Source of the DNA: Solitalea lacus | Lineage (GTDB): Bacteria > Bacteroidota > Bacteroidia > Sphingobacteriales > Sphingobacteriaceae | DNA length: 64,000 nucleotides | Reading direction: 5' to 3' | Assembly: GCF_022014595.1 (NCBI RefSeq) | Contig: NZ_CP091740.1 | Coordinates: 1,536,200 to 1,600,199 of the forward strand | In this document: positions 9,361-19,216 of the stretch, piece by piece | How the letters are laid out: the number at the start of each line of letters is the position of its first letter | Position numbering within the stretch: position 1 is the stretch's first letter | Position numbers and translations under genes: made by a program | The notes under the pieces: model-generated | Seen by the model: the letters and a program-made list of their open reading frames with translations, nothing else | Told to the model about the DNA's origin: nothing | The model's database searches: none

Positions 9361-10538
9361 GAAATTGGATAAAATGGCTGATTAGTTTTGGGCATGCAAT
9401 TGTCTTGCTTGTACTTACTGCTTTTTGGCTAAATACAGACTTTAGTTATGGCGATGAGCAATTACTTGTAAAATGGTCATCTATTCTTAAACGAGTGGTC
9501 TTCAATATAGATGAAGACCCTCCTAAAGAAGATTATTTATTTATCAATTTGGCTTATGAAAAGGCATTAATTCCAAGAGAAGAAGGACTGGGGAATGAAG
9601 TAATTACTGACAGGGTAAAGCTTGCACAGTTTTTTGAAATTCTTAAACGGAATCAGAAGTCGGTTAAATTTACAGTCTGTGATGTATTTCTTAAAGGAAA
9701 ATCAGAAAGTGATAGCTTGCTTCAAAGTAGTATTTCTGGAATCAAGAATATTGTTTTTCCAACGCATCACGGCGAGGATGGAAAGCCTGAAGAACTTGAT
9801 TTGAATGTTCCTCATGCTATTGCTGATTATAGAATGGCAAGCGGAGGATTCCTGAAATTCAAGCTTTTTCAGGACGATAATCTTTCCACCATTCCGGTTT
9901 ATTTATATGAAAAAACCAAAGGCCGTAAAATTGATCATCAAAACGGACTCTATTTCGACAACGGAAAATTGAGTTTAAATTCTACTATAATTGATTATCA
10001 AATACGCAGTCATGAACTATTTGAGCAAGGTGAATATCCGGTGGTTAACCTTTCAGAACTTCTTATGCTTCCGGAAGATGTAATTGTGAATGAATTTTTA
10101 AAGAACCGAATTGTATTGATTGGAGATTTTAACAATGATGTACATGAAACAATTTTTGGTTCTACACCGGGCACGCTCATACTTCTCAATGTTTATTTGA
10201 CACTTAAGGCGGGATATCACTTTGTAACTTACTGGTGGGTTGTTTTTATGCTTATGGCATATACCATTTTCTCAAGATTAATGCTTTTTCCCGAAAATGA
10301 TTCAGAAAAAATCAAAAAAATAAACTGGATCGGCCCACTTTTAGGAAGCGCAACTTATCTTTCTGTTCTTTCTGTAGCCTCTTATTTAATGTTTAATATT
10401 CATCTTCAAGTCTTGATATTAACTTTATATATTACTCTTCTCCGATACATCATTCGACTTAATCAAGTTGAGTGGAGTAAGGATCAGTTAAAAGAATGGG
10501 CATTAGCTCTACGTGAAACTTATTTTAATTTTAAATAA
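9357..10538 (+). CDS. Stand-alone CHASE2-like extracytoplasmic sensor domain membrane protein (no output domain)
   Basis: The start ATG overlaps the upstream stop (ATGA). Topology is an N-terminal TM (WLISFGHAIVLLVLTAFWL), then a ~270-aa extracytoplasmic region, then 3 C-terminal TMs, then a ~30-aa cytoplasmic tail. The segment NRIVLIGDFNNDVHETIFGSTPGTLILLNVYLTL resembles the conserved CHASE2 core (D.x.TP.G..PG..h.A). Confidence 0.5.
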   Translation: MRNWIKWLISFGHAIVLLVLTAFWLNTDFSYGDEQLLVKWSSILKRVVFNIDEDPPKEDYLFINLAYEKALIPREEGLGNEVITDRVKLAQFFEILKRNQKSVKFTVCDVFLKGKSESDSLLQSSISGIKNIVFPTHHGEDGKPEELDLNVPHAIADYRMASGGFLKFKLFQDDNLSTIPVYLYEKTKGRKIDHQNGLYFDNGKLSLNSTIIDYQIRSHELFEQGEYPVVNLSELLMLPEDVIVNEFLKNRIVLIGDFNNDVHETIFGSTPGTLILLNVYLTLKAGYHFVTYWWVVFMLMAYTIFSRLMLFPENDSEKIKKINWIGPLLGSATYLSVLSVASYLMFNIHLQVLILTLYITLLRYIIRLNQVEWSKDQLKEWALALRETYFNFK

Positions 10539-11359
10539 TGATGGGAAACTTACTTGCAATTTTATTATGGATTTTAATGGCTTTTTTGCCAGCTGAAAAA
10601 TATTATGTCACGTTTATAAAGGGGACTGTTCTTTTAGAGCGCACAAAAAAACAGGTTAAAATTGGAGATGCGCTAGAACCAGAAGATAAGCTTGTGTTTA
10701 GTGATAAAAACGCAAAGATTTCTTGCATAAGCCCATCAAAAGGTAGATTTGATATTAGTGCTCTATCTGCTAAGGCAGGCAGCAAAGGAGAGTTATTAGC
10801 TGTTTTACGCTCAAGCCTTATTCCAGCCACCGGAACCTATCATTTAAGTACACGCTCTTTATCCGATCAGAATGTGGATCCGGAAGCCTATTTTAAAACC
10901 GGTACTGATGATCGTTTTTTAATTGTCGAAAACGAGTGGATTCCTGTAAATGATATATACTCAACTAAGGGTGGGAATTTTTTCTTTCTTCAATATACAA
11001 TCAATGGAAAAACTGTATTGAAGAAATTACCAAAACAAGAGAATGCTATTGCTTTTAACAAGAGTCTTTTTGTTGATGAAAGTGGGGGTATATTAAATTC
11101 CGATAATTACGTTAACACTATGCTTTGTTTTCAAGAGAGCACCAACGGAGTCCCTAAGTCAAAAACTGTAGCAAAGTTTATCCCTGTTATAGTTGATAAA
11201 GCTGAAATACTCGCTGAATTAGCAGTGCTTCGTAATAATTTACAAAACCTTTATCCTAATAATGAAAAAGCAGTAAAGACGGAGCTATATGCTCATCTTG
11301 CTGCAAATTATGGTACAATAAATCAAAATTTATTTGAAGATTTGATGCACAGTAAATAA
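10538..11359 (+). CDS. Secreted or membrane-anchored protein with an N-terminal FecR-like beta domain
   Basis: The start overlaps the upstream stop (TAATG). N-terminal hydrophobic signal/anchor LLAILLWILMAFLPA. The segment VTFIKGTVLLERTKKQVKIGDALEPEDKLVFSDKNAKISCISPSKGRFDI matches the FecR fold pattern (GxV......G..L..GD.L...D.L.T...A...L.F.DGS). Confidence 0.4.
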   Translation: MMGNLLAILLWILMAFLPAEKYYVTFIKGTVLLERTKKQVKIGDALEPEDKLVFSDKNAKISCISPSKGRFDISALSAKAGSKGELLAVLRSSLIPATGTYHLSTRSLSDQNVDPEAYFKTGTDDRFLIVENEWIPVNDIYSTKGGNFFFLQYTINGKTVLKKLPKQENAIAFNKSLFVDESGGILNSDNYVNTMLCFQESTNGVPKSKTVAKFIPVIVDKAEILAELAVLRNNLQNLYPNNEKAVKTELYAHLAANYGTINQNLFEDLMHSK

Positions 11360-11436
11360 TTATTCTGCCTTTGGATTGAAACCAATAAATGATGCAGATT
11401 AGGGTGGAGAATGCATATAAAAATTTGCAATAGCAA

Positions 11437-11472
11437 CAAAAGGATTTGAATTACAAATCCTTTTGTCTTTTA
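11437..11472 (+). terminator. Rho-independent terminator ending the protease/CHASE2/FecR operon
   Basis: Perfect 12-bp inverted repeat caaaaggatttg / caaatccttttg with a 5-nt loop, followed by tcttttat. Confidence 0.55.
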
Positions 11473-11686
11473 TAGCGTGCCAGGCATGTGTATCGGGAGG
11501 AAGGCTAAAAATTGCCGAAGCCCTTATAATAACAAGCTATGCACTTTTTATAATAGGGGTACCTAGCACTGAAGTTGCCAGAAAATATAAAACAATACAG
11601 ATTATTATGATTAATTCTTTATATTTTATTTTATTACTTATTGGTAATTAGTGTAAATTTAACACTTATCTATAAAATAAATATCA

Positions 11687-13078
11687 ATGAAAAAAAACAT
11701 CTTTTTAACCTTTTTTGTGCTTATTAGTTTTGCATCCCTGGGTCAGCAAAAATCTGTTATTACAGGGAAAATTACCAACCCACAAGCTGGGATTTCTGAA
11801 ATAAAATTCAAATACCTTTATGATTTTCGAAATTTTCGGAAGAATGCGGATGCGAAAATTTACAAAGTAGATGAGAAAGGAAATTTTAAAATTGAAGAAA
11901 ACCTTTCCGAACTAGTATTTGTGCAATTTGAATATGGAGATTGGGGTAATACTTTACTGTTAGAGCCAGGCGCTAATGCAACAATGTCATTTGATTCAAA
12001 ATCTAAAGATAAGGACAAATTATACAAAATTAATGGTAGAGGAGCAGTAGGTTGCCAATTTTTAGAAGCTATTTTTTATTCTGATACTACCATAAGTAAA
12101 TCCAAAGATTTTAGTAAAGCTTTTACAAAAATCGACGAATTGGGAAAACAAGCCCAGGAAGGATTAAATACTAAGTATTCAAAAGTGCTTTCTTCTGCCG
12201 CCATTACTCATTTGAAAGAAGAGCTTTATTATTTTACTTATCTCACCAAGTTGCAATTAATAACAAAAGACAGGGAAAATATTAACCAGATTTATAGCGG
12301 AAAGGCTCCAGAATATGTTGTTGAGTTCATTAAGGACCTTCCCTTTAAAGATGCCAAACTTAATAACTTTGGATTTTACCTTCTTTATAACAATGGATTA
12401 CATTTGAGATTTGCATTGGAGCAAGAAGATTATAATGTTAGGCAGTATAATGTTATTAATAAAGTGCTTCCACCTGTATTAGCAGAAAAGGAATCTGTTA
12501 GTGTAATTAATCGACTAATTGAAAATGGAGATTTCCTAATTGCTGACAAACTTATCAAGGATTTAAGTCAACGATTCCCAGCATCTGATAATCAAAAATC
12601 ATTTGATGAAAAAATTGCCGAAACAAAAAAATTGTTGTTCAACCTTGCTCCCGGCAAAAATGCACCAGCATTTATTTTGAAAAACTTGAATGGCAAGGAA
12701 GTTTCATTAAGCGATTTTAAAGATAAAGTTATATACCTTGATTTTTGGGCAAGCTGGTGTGGGCCATGCAGAGGGGAAATGCCTTATGCTAAAAGAATCA
12801 AAGAAAAATATAAGGACAATAAGGATGTTGTATTTCTTTATGTTTCTATAGATGAAAAGGAAGATGCTTGGAAAAAAGGTATTGAGGAAAATAAGATTGA
12901 GGGCGTTCATTTAATTAGCAATGGATTTTTCAGTGATGTTCCTAAGAAATACATGGTGAATGGTATACCCCGGTACTATTTGATTGGAAAAGGCGGAGAG
13001 ATTATCTCAAATGAAGCACCTCGCCCAAGCTCTGAAGAGCAGTTGACGACGATGATAGATAAAGCCCTTAAGAATTAA
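11687..13078 (+). CDS. TlpA/ResA-family periplasmic thiol:disulfide oxidoreductase with a long N-terminal domain
   Basis: Signal peptide. Thioredoxin-fold motif FWASWCGPCRGEMP in the C-terminal domain. Confidence 0.8.
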   Translation: MKKNIFLTFFVLISFASLGQQKSVITGKITNPQAGISEIKFKYLYDFRNFRKNADAKIYKVDEKGNFKIEENLSELVFVQFEYGDWGNTLLLEPGANATMSFDSKSKDKDKLYKINGRGAVGCQFLEAIFYSDTTISKSKDFSKAFTKIDELGKQAQEGLNTKYSKVLSSAAITHLKEELYYFTYLTKLQLITKDRENINQIYSGKAPEYVVEFIKDLPFKDAKLNNFGFYLLYNNGLHLRFALEQEDYNVRQYNVINKVLPPVLAEKESVSVINRLIENGDFLIADKLIKDLSQRFPASDNQKSFDEKIAETKKLLFNLAPGKNAPAFILKNLNGKEVSLSDFKDKVIYLDFWASWCGPCRGEMPYAKRIKEKYKDNKDVVFLYVSIDEKEDAWKKGIEENKIEGVHLISNGFFSDVPKKYMVNGIPRYYLIGKGGEIISNEAPRPSSEEQLTTMIDKALKN

Positions 13079-13139
13079 ATTTTTGGTAGATTTTTATTTG
13101 AGGCGTCCTAAAATAAGTTGATAGTTTTTCAACACTAAA

Positions 13140-13178
13140 AACAGTCCTTGTTAATTATTGGCAAGGACTGTTTGTTTA
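13140..13178 (+). terminator. Putative rho-independent terminator
   Basis: 11-bp perfect inverted repeat aacagtccttg / caaggactgtt with an 11-nt loop, followed by a T-rich tail tgtttat. Confidence 0.4.
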
Positions 13179-13332
13179 TGCACCTTTTCCAGAGTCTGAG
13201 CTCCGCTCGAGCAGGAGGTGGGTGAGTTGTGAATTTGTAAGGTTTAGTATAATATGCCGGTTGGAGGCCTGAATTAATTTATAGTTTGACGCCTCACTGA
13301 GATGAGACTTCAAACTAGTAGTGGAATGAATG

Positions 13333-14829
13333 TTATAAATGCTTTGAAATTTGTTCAAACAATAATTCTTTTTGGCTAGGTCGATAGGCTTTTTTTTCGG
13401 CAATATTCCCTTGTTTATCTATAATTATATAAGTGGGTACACTGTAACCATTGCCATCCCAAATAAGCTTATTGATATCATTTTGTAACTCTTTATTCGC
13501 TCTAACATGAGTGCCCTCTAACTCATAGTATTTAATCATTTCTTTCCATCGCGTATCGTATTTGTCTTCATCAATGGAAATATACAGCATGGTAACATCC
13601 TTTTCATTCAGGAATTTCTTCAATTCTTTAGTGTATTGGAATTCAGCTTTGCATGGTCCACACCATGTGGCCCAGGTGTCAATTAAAATAGTTTTGCCTT
13701 TAAATTGATCAGTAAGCTCTTTTAGTGTGTTTATTTGGCTATACTTTGATCCAATTTTCTCGCCGCTTGCATATTTGGCTTTTGCTTTGATTTGAAAAGC
13801 AATAACATCCTCTATTAATGGTTGAATTAAAGGAGCGTATTTGCTGTAGGGGAATTGTCTTTTGAAATCGTTAAATAATTCAATTAATGCCGATTGGTAA
13901 AGTTTGCTATTGGCATCTGAATAAATTATATTGGCTAGAGCATACTCTGCAGCGTGGTCTTTAAATTCAGAATTAATAGTGTTTCCGATTCTTTTTAAAT
14001 CGTCATTTTCACGTTCACTAGGCGGGTTCTGACCTGATTTTTTAATTAGATAATGCTTATATTTTACCAGATAGGTATAATAATAATCAAACACCCAAAG
14101 CATTTGAGTGGCGCTAAAGCTGTTTGGTGGGTATAGTTGATAGGTTTTGTGCCACAAAGCTTCAAAATCAGAAGGTAAGGAACTTTGATAAAGCTTATGG
14201 TTTTTAGGTAATTCCTGTTTTCTAAATTGATGTACTATTGCATAAGCGGTAATCCCAGCAAAGTAATAATTAGTTGATATTTTTAAATAGTTAAAAAAAG
14301 TGGTATCTATTTGAAATTGATTAAATAGTTTTTCTTCCTCAGCAAAGGTGCTTAAACGTCTGCGATTGATTTTTTCTTCCACATCAACAGCAGCGCTATC
14401 AGTCAAGTATTGATAGCCTTCATACATTATGGGAGATACGTACCTTCCTTTAGGCAAGAAGTTCTCTGTTAAAAAATGTTGTCCGGTGGCGTTACTGCCT
14501 TCGAATTGCCAAGGATTGGTTTTATTAGCGGTATCCAAACTTATTTTTATTGAGTTGCCTTTTTGTACATACAAGAAGGCTTTTTTGTCCAATACCTTTA
14601 TTGTTATCGGGCCGGTTTCATCTTCTTTAAGTGGAATTGATAAGGTTCCCGAATTTGAGATTTTTGCATGTCTTTCGTTGCCCGCAAAATAATTATGATT
14701 AATAGGTATGCTTATAGTTACATCATCGTTTTTAGCATTTCTGACATTCAATTCAATTGTTGCGATTTGCGCATGTGCTACTGTATACGCACAGGTAAAC
14801 AATATAAAACTCAGTAGGAGTTGTCTCAT
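13333..14829 (-). CDS. TlpA/ResA-family periplasmic thiol:disulfide oxidoreductase (second paralog, convergent)
   Basis: Signal peptide MRQLLLSFILFTCAYTVAHAQ. C-terminal motif WATWCGPCKAEF. Confidence 0.8.
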   Translation of the reverse strand: MRQLLLSFILFTCAYTVAHAQIATIELNVRNAKNDDVTISIPINHNYFAGNERHAKISNSGTLSIPLKEDETGPITIKVLDKKAFLYVQKGNSIKISLDTANKTNPWQFEGSNATGQHFLTENFLPKGRYVSPIMYEGYQYLTDSAAVDVEEKINRRRLSTFAEEEKLFNQFQIDTTFFNYLKISTNYYFAGITAYAIVHQFRKQELPKNHKLYQSSLPSDFEALWHKTYQLYPPNSFSATQMLWVFDYYYTYLVKYKHYLIKKSGQNPPSERENDDLKRIGNTINSEFKDHAAEYALANIIYSDANSKLYQSALIELFNDFKRQFPYSKYAPLIQPLIEDVIAFQIKAKAKYASGEKIGSKYSQINTLKELTDQFKGKTILIDTWATWCGPCKAEFQYTKELKKFLNEKDVTMLYISIDEDKYDTRWKEMIKYYELEGTHVRANKELQNDINKLIWDGNGYSVPTYIIIDKQGNIAEKKAYRPSQKELLFEQISKHL

Positions 14830-15193
14830 AAAAAATATTAGGTTATAAATAAATGTATCCTGTAAATTGTAAGTATCAGAAAATAAAGATGTTTGGTATT
14901 TATTGAAGCGCTAATTTTTTCCTCTATCTATAAGAAATTTTCGTTATTTATTCATACGATTGAGATTAGATGTTAAAAAATGTTTTCCTTTTGAAATTGA
15001 TGTGGAATGAATATAATTAACCACAGGTTAAATGCAAAATTATTTAAGTAATAATTAATAATAATTAGTTAAAATACAGATTTATGACTTCAACTCTTTG
15101 TCCGGCCTAAGAAACAATTACTCGCACAGGTTTGTTGGTAATGAAAGTCAGTCCTTATCCCTGAAATCTGGATAAACACTAAAAACGAGGATT

Positions 15194-15472
15194 ATGGAAG
15201 CGATTCAAAAATTAGAACTGATGGATAAAATCCTTCGGGAAATGGAGGATTTGAAAAATAGTGAGGCGGCCGTGGTTCAAAAAATTGCGAAGATGGATAT
15301 CGATAATATGACTTTGAGCGACAAAGAGCTTGACGACAAGTTAATCGATGTGCATACAGAAGCCGCAAACTTGGTTGATCATATAACGGAAGTTCAAATC
15401 GAGTTCGAAATGAAACGAAACAGGTTTGAAATTGAATATCATCCTACAACTCCTAAGTCGGAAGGCAAATAA
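15194..15472 (+). CDS. Hypothetical small acidic protein
   Basis: ORF only; no recognisable motif. Confidence 0.3.
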   Translation: MEAIQKLELMDKILREMEDLKNSEAAVVQKIAKMDIDNMTLSDKELDDKLIDVHTEAANLVDHITEVQIEFEMKRNRFEIEYHPTTPKSEGK

Positions 15473-15658
15473 GAAGGAACGGATAACATATGGGCGAGCG
15501 GTTGATGCCCGCTAACTGAAACAGGTTTTCAACAACCTCTTAACAATTCCGGCTTTTCATTACCTTTGAAATTCCTTTATTTTAGATATTGTTAATTTTC
15601 AATAGGTTGATAGTCTAGGTTTTAGGCTTTTAATTATTGATCAAGGACTCTCAAAGAA

Positions 15659-18600
15659 ATGCCTGAATTCAGTCACCTGCACGTACATACTCAGTTTTCC
15701 CTGCTCGATGGAGCTGCGGATATCTCCAAGCTTTTTAAAAAGGCGGCCAATGACGGCATGCGCGCTCTTGCCATTACCGACCATGGTAACATGTTCGGCG
15801 TGTTCAAGTTCGTTGCCGAAGCCGGTAAGCATGATAACAAGGTAAAACCGATTGTTGGTTGTGAGTTCTATGTAGTGGCCGATCGTCATGAAAAGAAGTT
15901 TTCCAAAGAGAAAAAAGATAAGCGCTATCACCAGTTGTTCCTTGCCAAAAACGCCAATGGCTATAAGAATCTTACCAAGCTTTGTTCGTATGGATACATG
16001 GAGGGGTTATACAGTAAGTGGCCTCGTATTGATAAGGAATTGATTTTAAAATATCATGAAGACCTTATTGCTACTACCTGTTGTATTGGGGCTTCGGTTC
16101 CGCAGGCCATTTTAAATGAGGGCGAAGAAGCAGCAGAAAAGGAATTTAAATGGTGGTTGGATATTTTCGGTGAAGATTATTATATCGAACTGCAGCGCCA
16201 TAATCTGCCCGAACAAGTAAAAGTGAACGAAGTGCTTCTTCGCTTTGCTAAAAAATACAATGTAAAGGTGATTGCATCCAATGATTCGCACTATGTGGAT
16301 CAGGCAGATGCCAATGCCCATGATATTTTGCTGTGTATTAACACCGGTGATATTCAGTCGACTCCAATTGCAACGGATGAGGAAGGTGGTAAAGGTTATC
16401 GTTTTGGTTTCCCTAACGACCAGTTCTTCTTCAAAACTCAGGCAGAGATGAATGCCTTGTTTCATGACATTCCGGAAGCAATTGATAATACCAATGAGAT
16501 TGTCGATAAGGTTGACCTGCTGAAACTAAAGCAAGACATTTTGCTTCCGAACTTCCCAATTCCACCGGGCTTTGTCGATCAGATGCAATATCTGGAGCAT
16601 ATTACCTGGGAAGGAGCAAGGGCACGGTATGGAGATGACCTGACACCGGATAAGGAAGAACGTATCAATTTTGAGCTGCATACCATTCGTACAATGGGAT
16701 TTGCCGGTTACTTCCTTATCGTATCCGATTTCATTAAGGCCGGACGCGATATGGGCGTATTCATTGGTCCGGGCCGTGGTTCAGCTGCGGGTTCAGCCGT
16801 GGCTTATTGTATCGGTATCACCAATATTGACCCGATTAAATACAATCTCCTGTTTGAGCGTTTCCTGAATCCCGATCGTAAGTCAATGCCCGATATTGAT
16901 ACGGACTTCGACGACGAGGGCCGTCAGCGCGTGATTGATTATGTGGTTGATAAATATGGCAAGACACAGGTAGCACAAATCATTACCTACGGCTCCATGG
17001 CCGCCAAGATGAGTATCAAAGACGTGGCTCGTGCCTTGGATTTACCTTTGCCCGATTCGAATGCCATGGCCAAACTCGTACCTGATAAGCCTGGTATTTC
17101 TTTGGATAGGGTGATGAACGCCCCTATCGATGGGGATAAATCACTGAAAGATAAAGAGGGACTTGGTCCTGAAGATATAGAGAACGTGAAGCAGCTTCGC
17201 GAAATTCGTGAAGGATCTGATCTTCGTTCTAAAGTAATTAAGGAAGCCCTGATTTTGGAGGGTTCTATCCGCGGAACAGGTATCCACGCAGCGGGTATCA
17301 TCATTGCCCCAGAAGATTTAACGAATATCGTTCCCGTAGCAGTAGCCAAAGATTCTGATCTGTTGGTTACGCAGTACGAGGGAAAGGTAATTGAAGATGC
17401 CGGCGTAATCAAGATGGACTTTTTGGGTTTGAAGACCCTTACCATTATCCGTGATGCGTTGCGTATGATCAAGGAAAATCATGGAGTAGAATTCGATATT
17501 GATTATATCCCGTTGGATGATCAGAAGACCTTTGAGCTTTACCAACGTGGCGAAACCAATGGTACGTTCCAGTTTGAGAGTCCGGGTATGCAGAAATACC
17601 TGAAAGATCTGGTGCCCGATAAGTTCGAAGACTTGATTGCCATGAACGCCCTGTATCGTCCGGGACCGATCGAGTACATTCCCGACTTTATTGAGCGTAA
17701 ACATGGACGTAAAGCGGTAGAATATGACTTGGCCGACATGGAGGAATACCTCTTCGATACCTATGGGATTACCGTTTATCAGGAGCAGGTGATGTTGCTT
17801 TCGCAGAAACTTGCCAACTTTACCAAAGGTGATGCCGACGTGCTGCGTAAAGCGATGGGTAAAAAAGACCGTAAAACGTTGGATAAACTGAAACCGCAGT
17901 TTATTGATAATGCCAAAGAAAAAGGGCATGATGCCAAAGTGTTAGAAAAAGTTTGGACTGACTGGGAGGCCTTTGCATCTTACGCGTTCAATAAATCGCA
18001 CTCCACCTGCTATGCATTCGTTGCCTATCAAACTGCTTACTTAAAAGCGCATTATCCGGCTGAATATATGGCTTCGGTATTAACTCATACCAAAGGACAG
18101 ATTGATAAGATCACTTTCTTCATGGAAGAGTGTAAACGTATCGGTGTGCCAGTTTTGGGTCCTGATGTGAATGAAAGTGCGCTTCACTTTACTGCAACTA
18201 AGAAAGGGCAGATTCGTTTCGGTTTGTCGGGTATTAAAGGTTTGGGTGAAGCGGCCATTGAGAGTTTGGTGACCGAACGTAAAGAGAATGGTCCTTATGA
18301 ATCGGTTTATGATTTTGCCAGAAGAGTGAATTTACGTGCGGTTAATAAGAAATCATGGGAGAATTTAGTGTATTCAGGAGCTTTCGATTGCTATGGAGAG
18401 TACCATCGTGCACAATACTTTGGTGTAAACATTTCGGATCGATTAAATGGTATTGAACGCCTGGTGAAATACGGAAACGATTTCGTTGCCAACCAAAACA
18501 GCGCTCAGAACTCATTGTTTGGAGGGACGGCGGATGCCCATGTGCCGGAACCACCACTTCCGGATTCGGAAGAGTGGAGTTTGTTGCAGAAGTTGAGTTT

Positions 18601-19216
18601 CGAGAAAGAGGTTGTTGGAATGTACATTTCCGGCCATCCTTTGGATGATTATAAGCTGGAAATTGAGAATTTCTGTAATTCTCAGATAATTGATTTAGCA
18701 ACTCCAAAACCAGGAACATTGGTAGTGGCAGGTATTATTACTTCGGCTGAAGAGCGTTTAACCAAACATGGAAAACCATTTGGCGGATTCACTTTCGAAG
18801 ATTATTCGGGTAGTCATCGGATGATTATGTTTTCAGAGGATTATCTAAAAAATAAACACTTCTTCCAGTCGGGACTATTGGTATTTGTTCGAGGCTCGTT
18901 TAAACCTCGTTTCGGTCAGGCTGATAATTTAGAGTTCAAGGTGGAAAGCATACAATTACTGTCGGAAATACGGGAGAAAATGGCAAAGAATGTTACTCTA
19001 TCGTTTCCACTGCATGAACTTACGTTAGAATTTATTGATAATCTGGAAGCATTATGTAAAGCTAATCCGGGTAATTGTAAACTAAAGTTGAATGTGATTG
19101 ATGCACTTGAACGGATTGTGTTAGATCTTCCTTCAAAATCGATAAAAGTAGATCCAAATAACAATTTCATGAGTGAGATTGGAAAGTTTAAGAATGTAAA
19201 CTTTAGTTTGAATTAG
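15659..19216 (+). CDS. dnaE: DNA polymerase III alpha subunit
   Basis: PHP domain start MPEFSHLHVHTQFSLLDGA...AITDHGNMFG. Full-length 1185 aa with the polymerase core, OB and tau-binding regions typical of DnaE. Confidence 0.95.
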   Translation: MPEFSHLHVHTQFSLLDGAADISKLFKKAANDGMRALAITDHGNMFGVFKFVAEAGKHDNKVKPIVGCEFYVVADRHEKKFSKEKKDKRYHQLFLAKNANGYKNLTKLCSYGYMEGLYSKWPRIDKELILKYHEDLIATTCCIGASVPQAILNEGEEAAEKEFKWWLDIFGEDYYIELQRHNLPEQVKVNEVLLRFAKKYNVKVIASNDSHYVDQADANAHDILLCINTGDIQSTPIATDEEGGKGYRFGFPNDQFFFKTQAEMNALFHDIPEAIDNTNEIVDKVDLLKLKQDILLPNFPIPPGFVDQMQYLEHITWEGARARYGDDLTPDKEERINFELHTIRTMGFAGYFLIVSDFIKAGRDMGVFIGPGRGSAAGSAVAYCIGITNIDPIKYNLLFERFLNPDRKSMPDIDTDFDDEGRQRVIDYVVDKYGKTQVAQIITYGSMAAKMSIKDVARALDLPLPDSNAMAKLVPDKPGISLDRVMNAPIDGDKSLKDKEGLGPEDIENVKQLREIREGSDLRSKVIKEALILEGSIRGTGIHAAGIIIAPEDLTNIVPVAVAKDSDLLVTQYEGKVIEDAGVIKMDFLGLKTLTIIRDALRMIKENHGVEFDIDYIPLDDQKTFELYQRGETNGTFQFESPGMQKYLKDLVPDKFEDLIAMNALYRPGPIEYIPDFIERKHGRKAVEYDLADMEEYLFDTYGITVYQEQVMLLSQKLANFTKGDADVLRKAMGKKDRKTLDKLKPQFIDNAKEKGHDAKVLEKVWTDWEAFASYAFNKSHSTCYAFVAYQTAYLKAHYPAEYMASVLTHTKGQIDKITFFMEECKRIGVPVLGPDVNESALHFTATKKGQIRFGLSGIKGLGEAAIESLVTERKENGPYESVYDFARRVNLRAVNKKSWENLVYSGAFDCYGEYHRAQYFGVNISDRLNGIERLVKYGNDFVANQNSAQNSLFGGTADAHVPEPPLPDSEEWSLLQKLSFEKEVVGMYISGHPLDDYKLEIENFCNSQIIDLATPKPGTLVVAGIITSAEERLTKHGKPFGGFTFEDYSGSHRMIMFSEDYLKNKHFFQSGLLVFVRGSFKPRFGQADNLEFKVESIQLLSEIREKMAKNVTLSFPLHELTLEFIDNLEALCKANPGNCKLKLNVIDALERIVLDLPSKSIKVDPNNNFMSEIGKFKNVNFSLN

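Noticed and set aside
11463-11651. 62-aa hydrophobic ORF after the operon terminator
   Set aside because: It begins inside the terminator tail, has no RBS-like context, and sits in an AT-rich intergenic region. It is likely non-coding.
13176-13403. 75-aa minus-strand ORF and a slightly GC-richer 150-bp stretch (13180-13330) between the convergent TlpA genes
   Set aside because: The ORF overlaps the 3' end of the 13333-14829 gene out of frame. I found no convincing structured-RNA features beyond short 7-bp palindromes.
15700-19216. Multiple minus-strand ORFs (up to 203 aa) inside dnaE
   Set aside because: They are antisense to a high-confidence essential gene and have no motifs.
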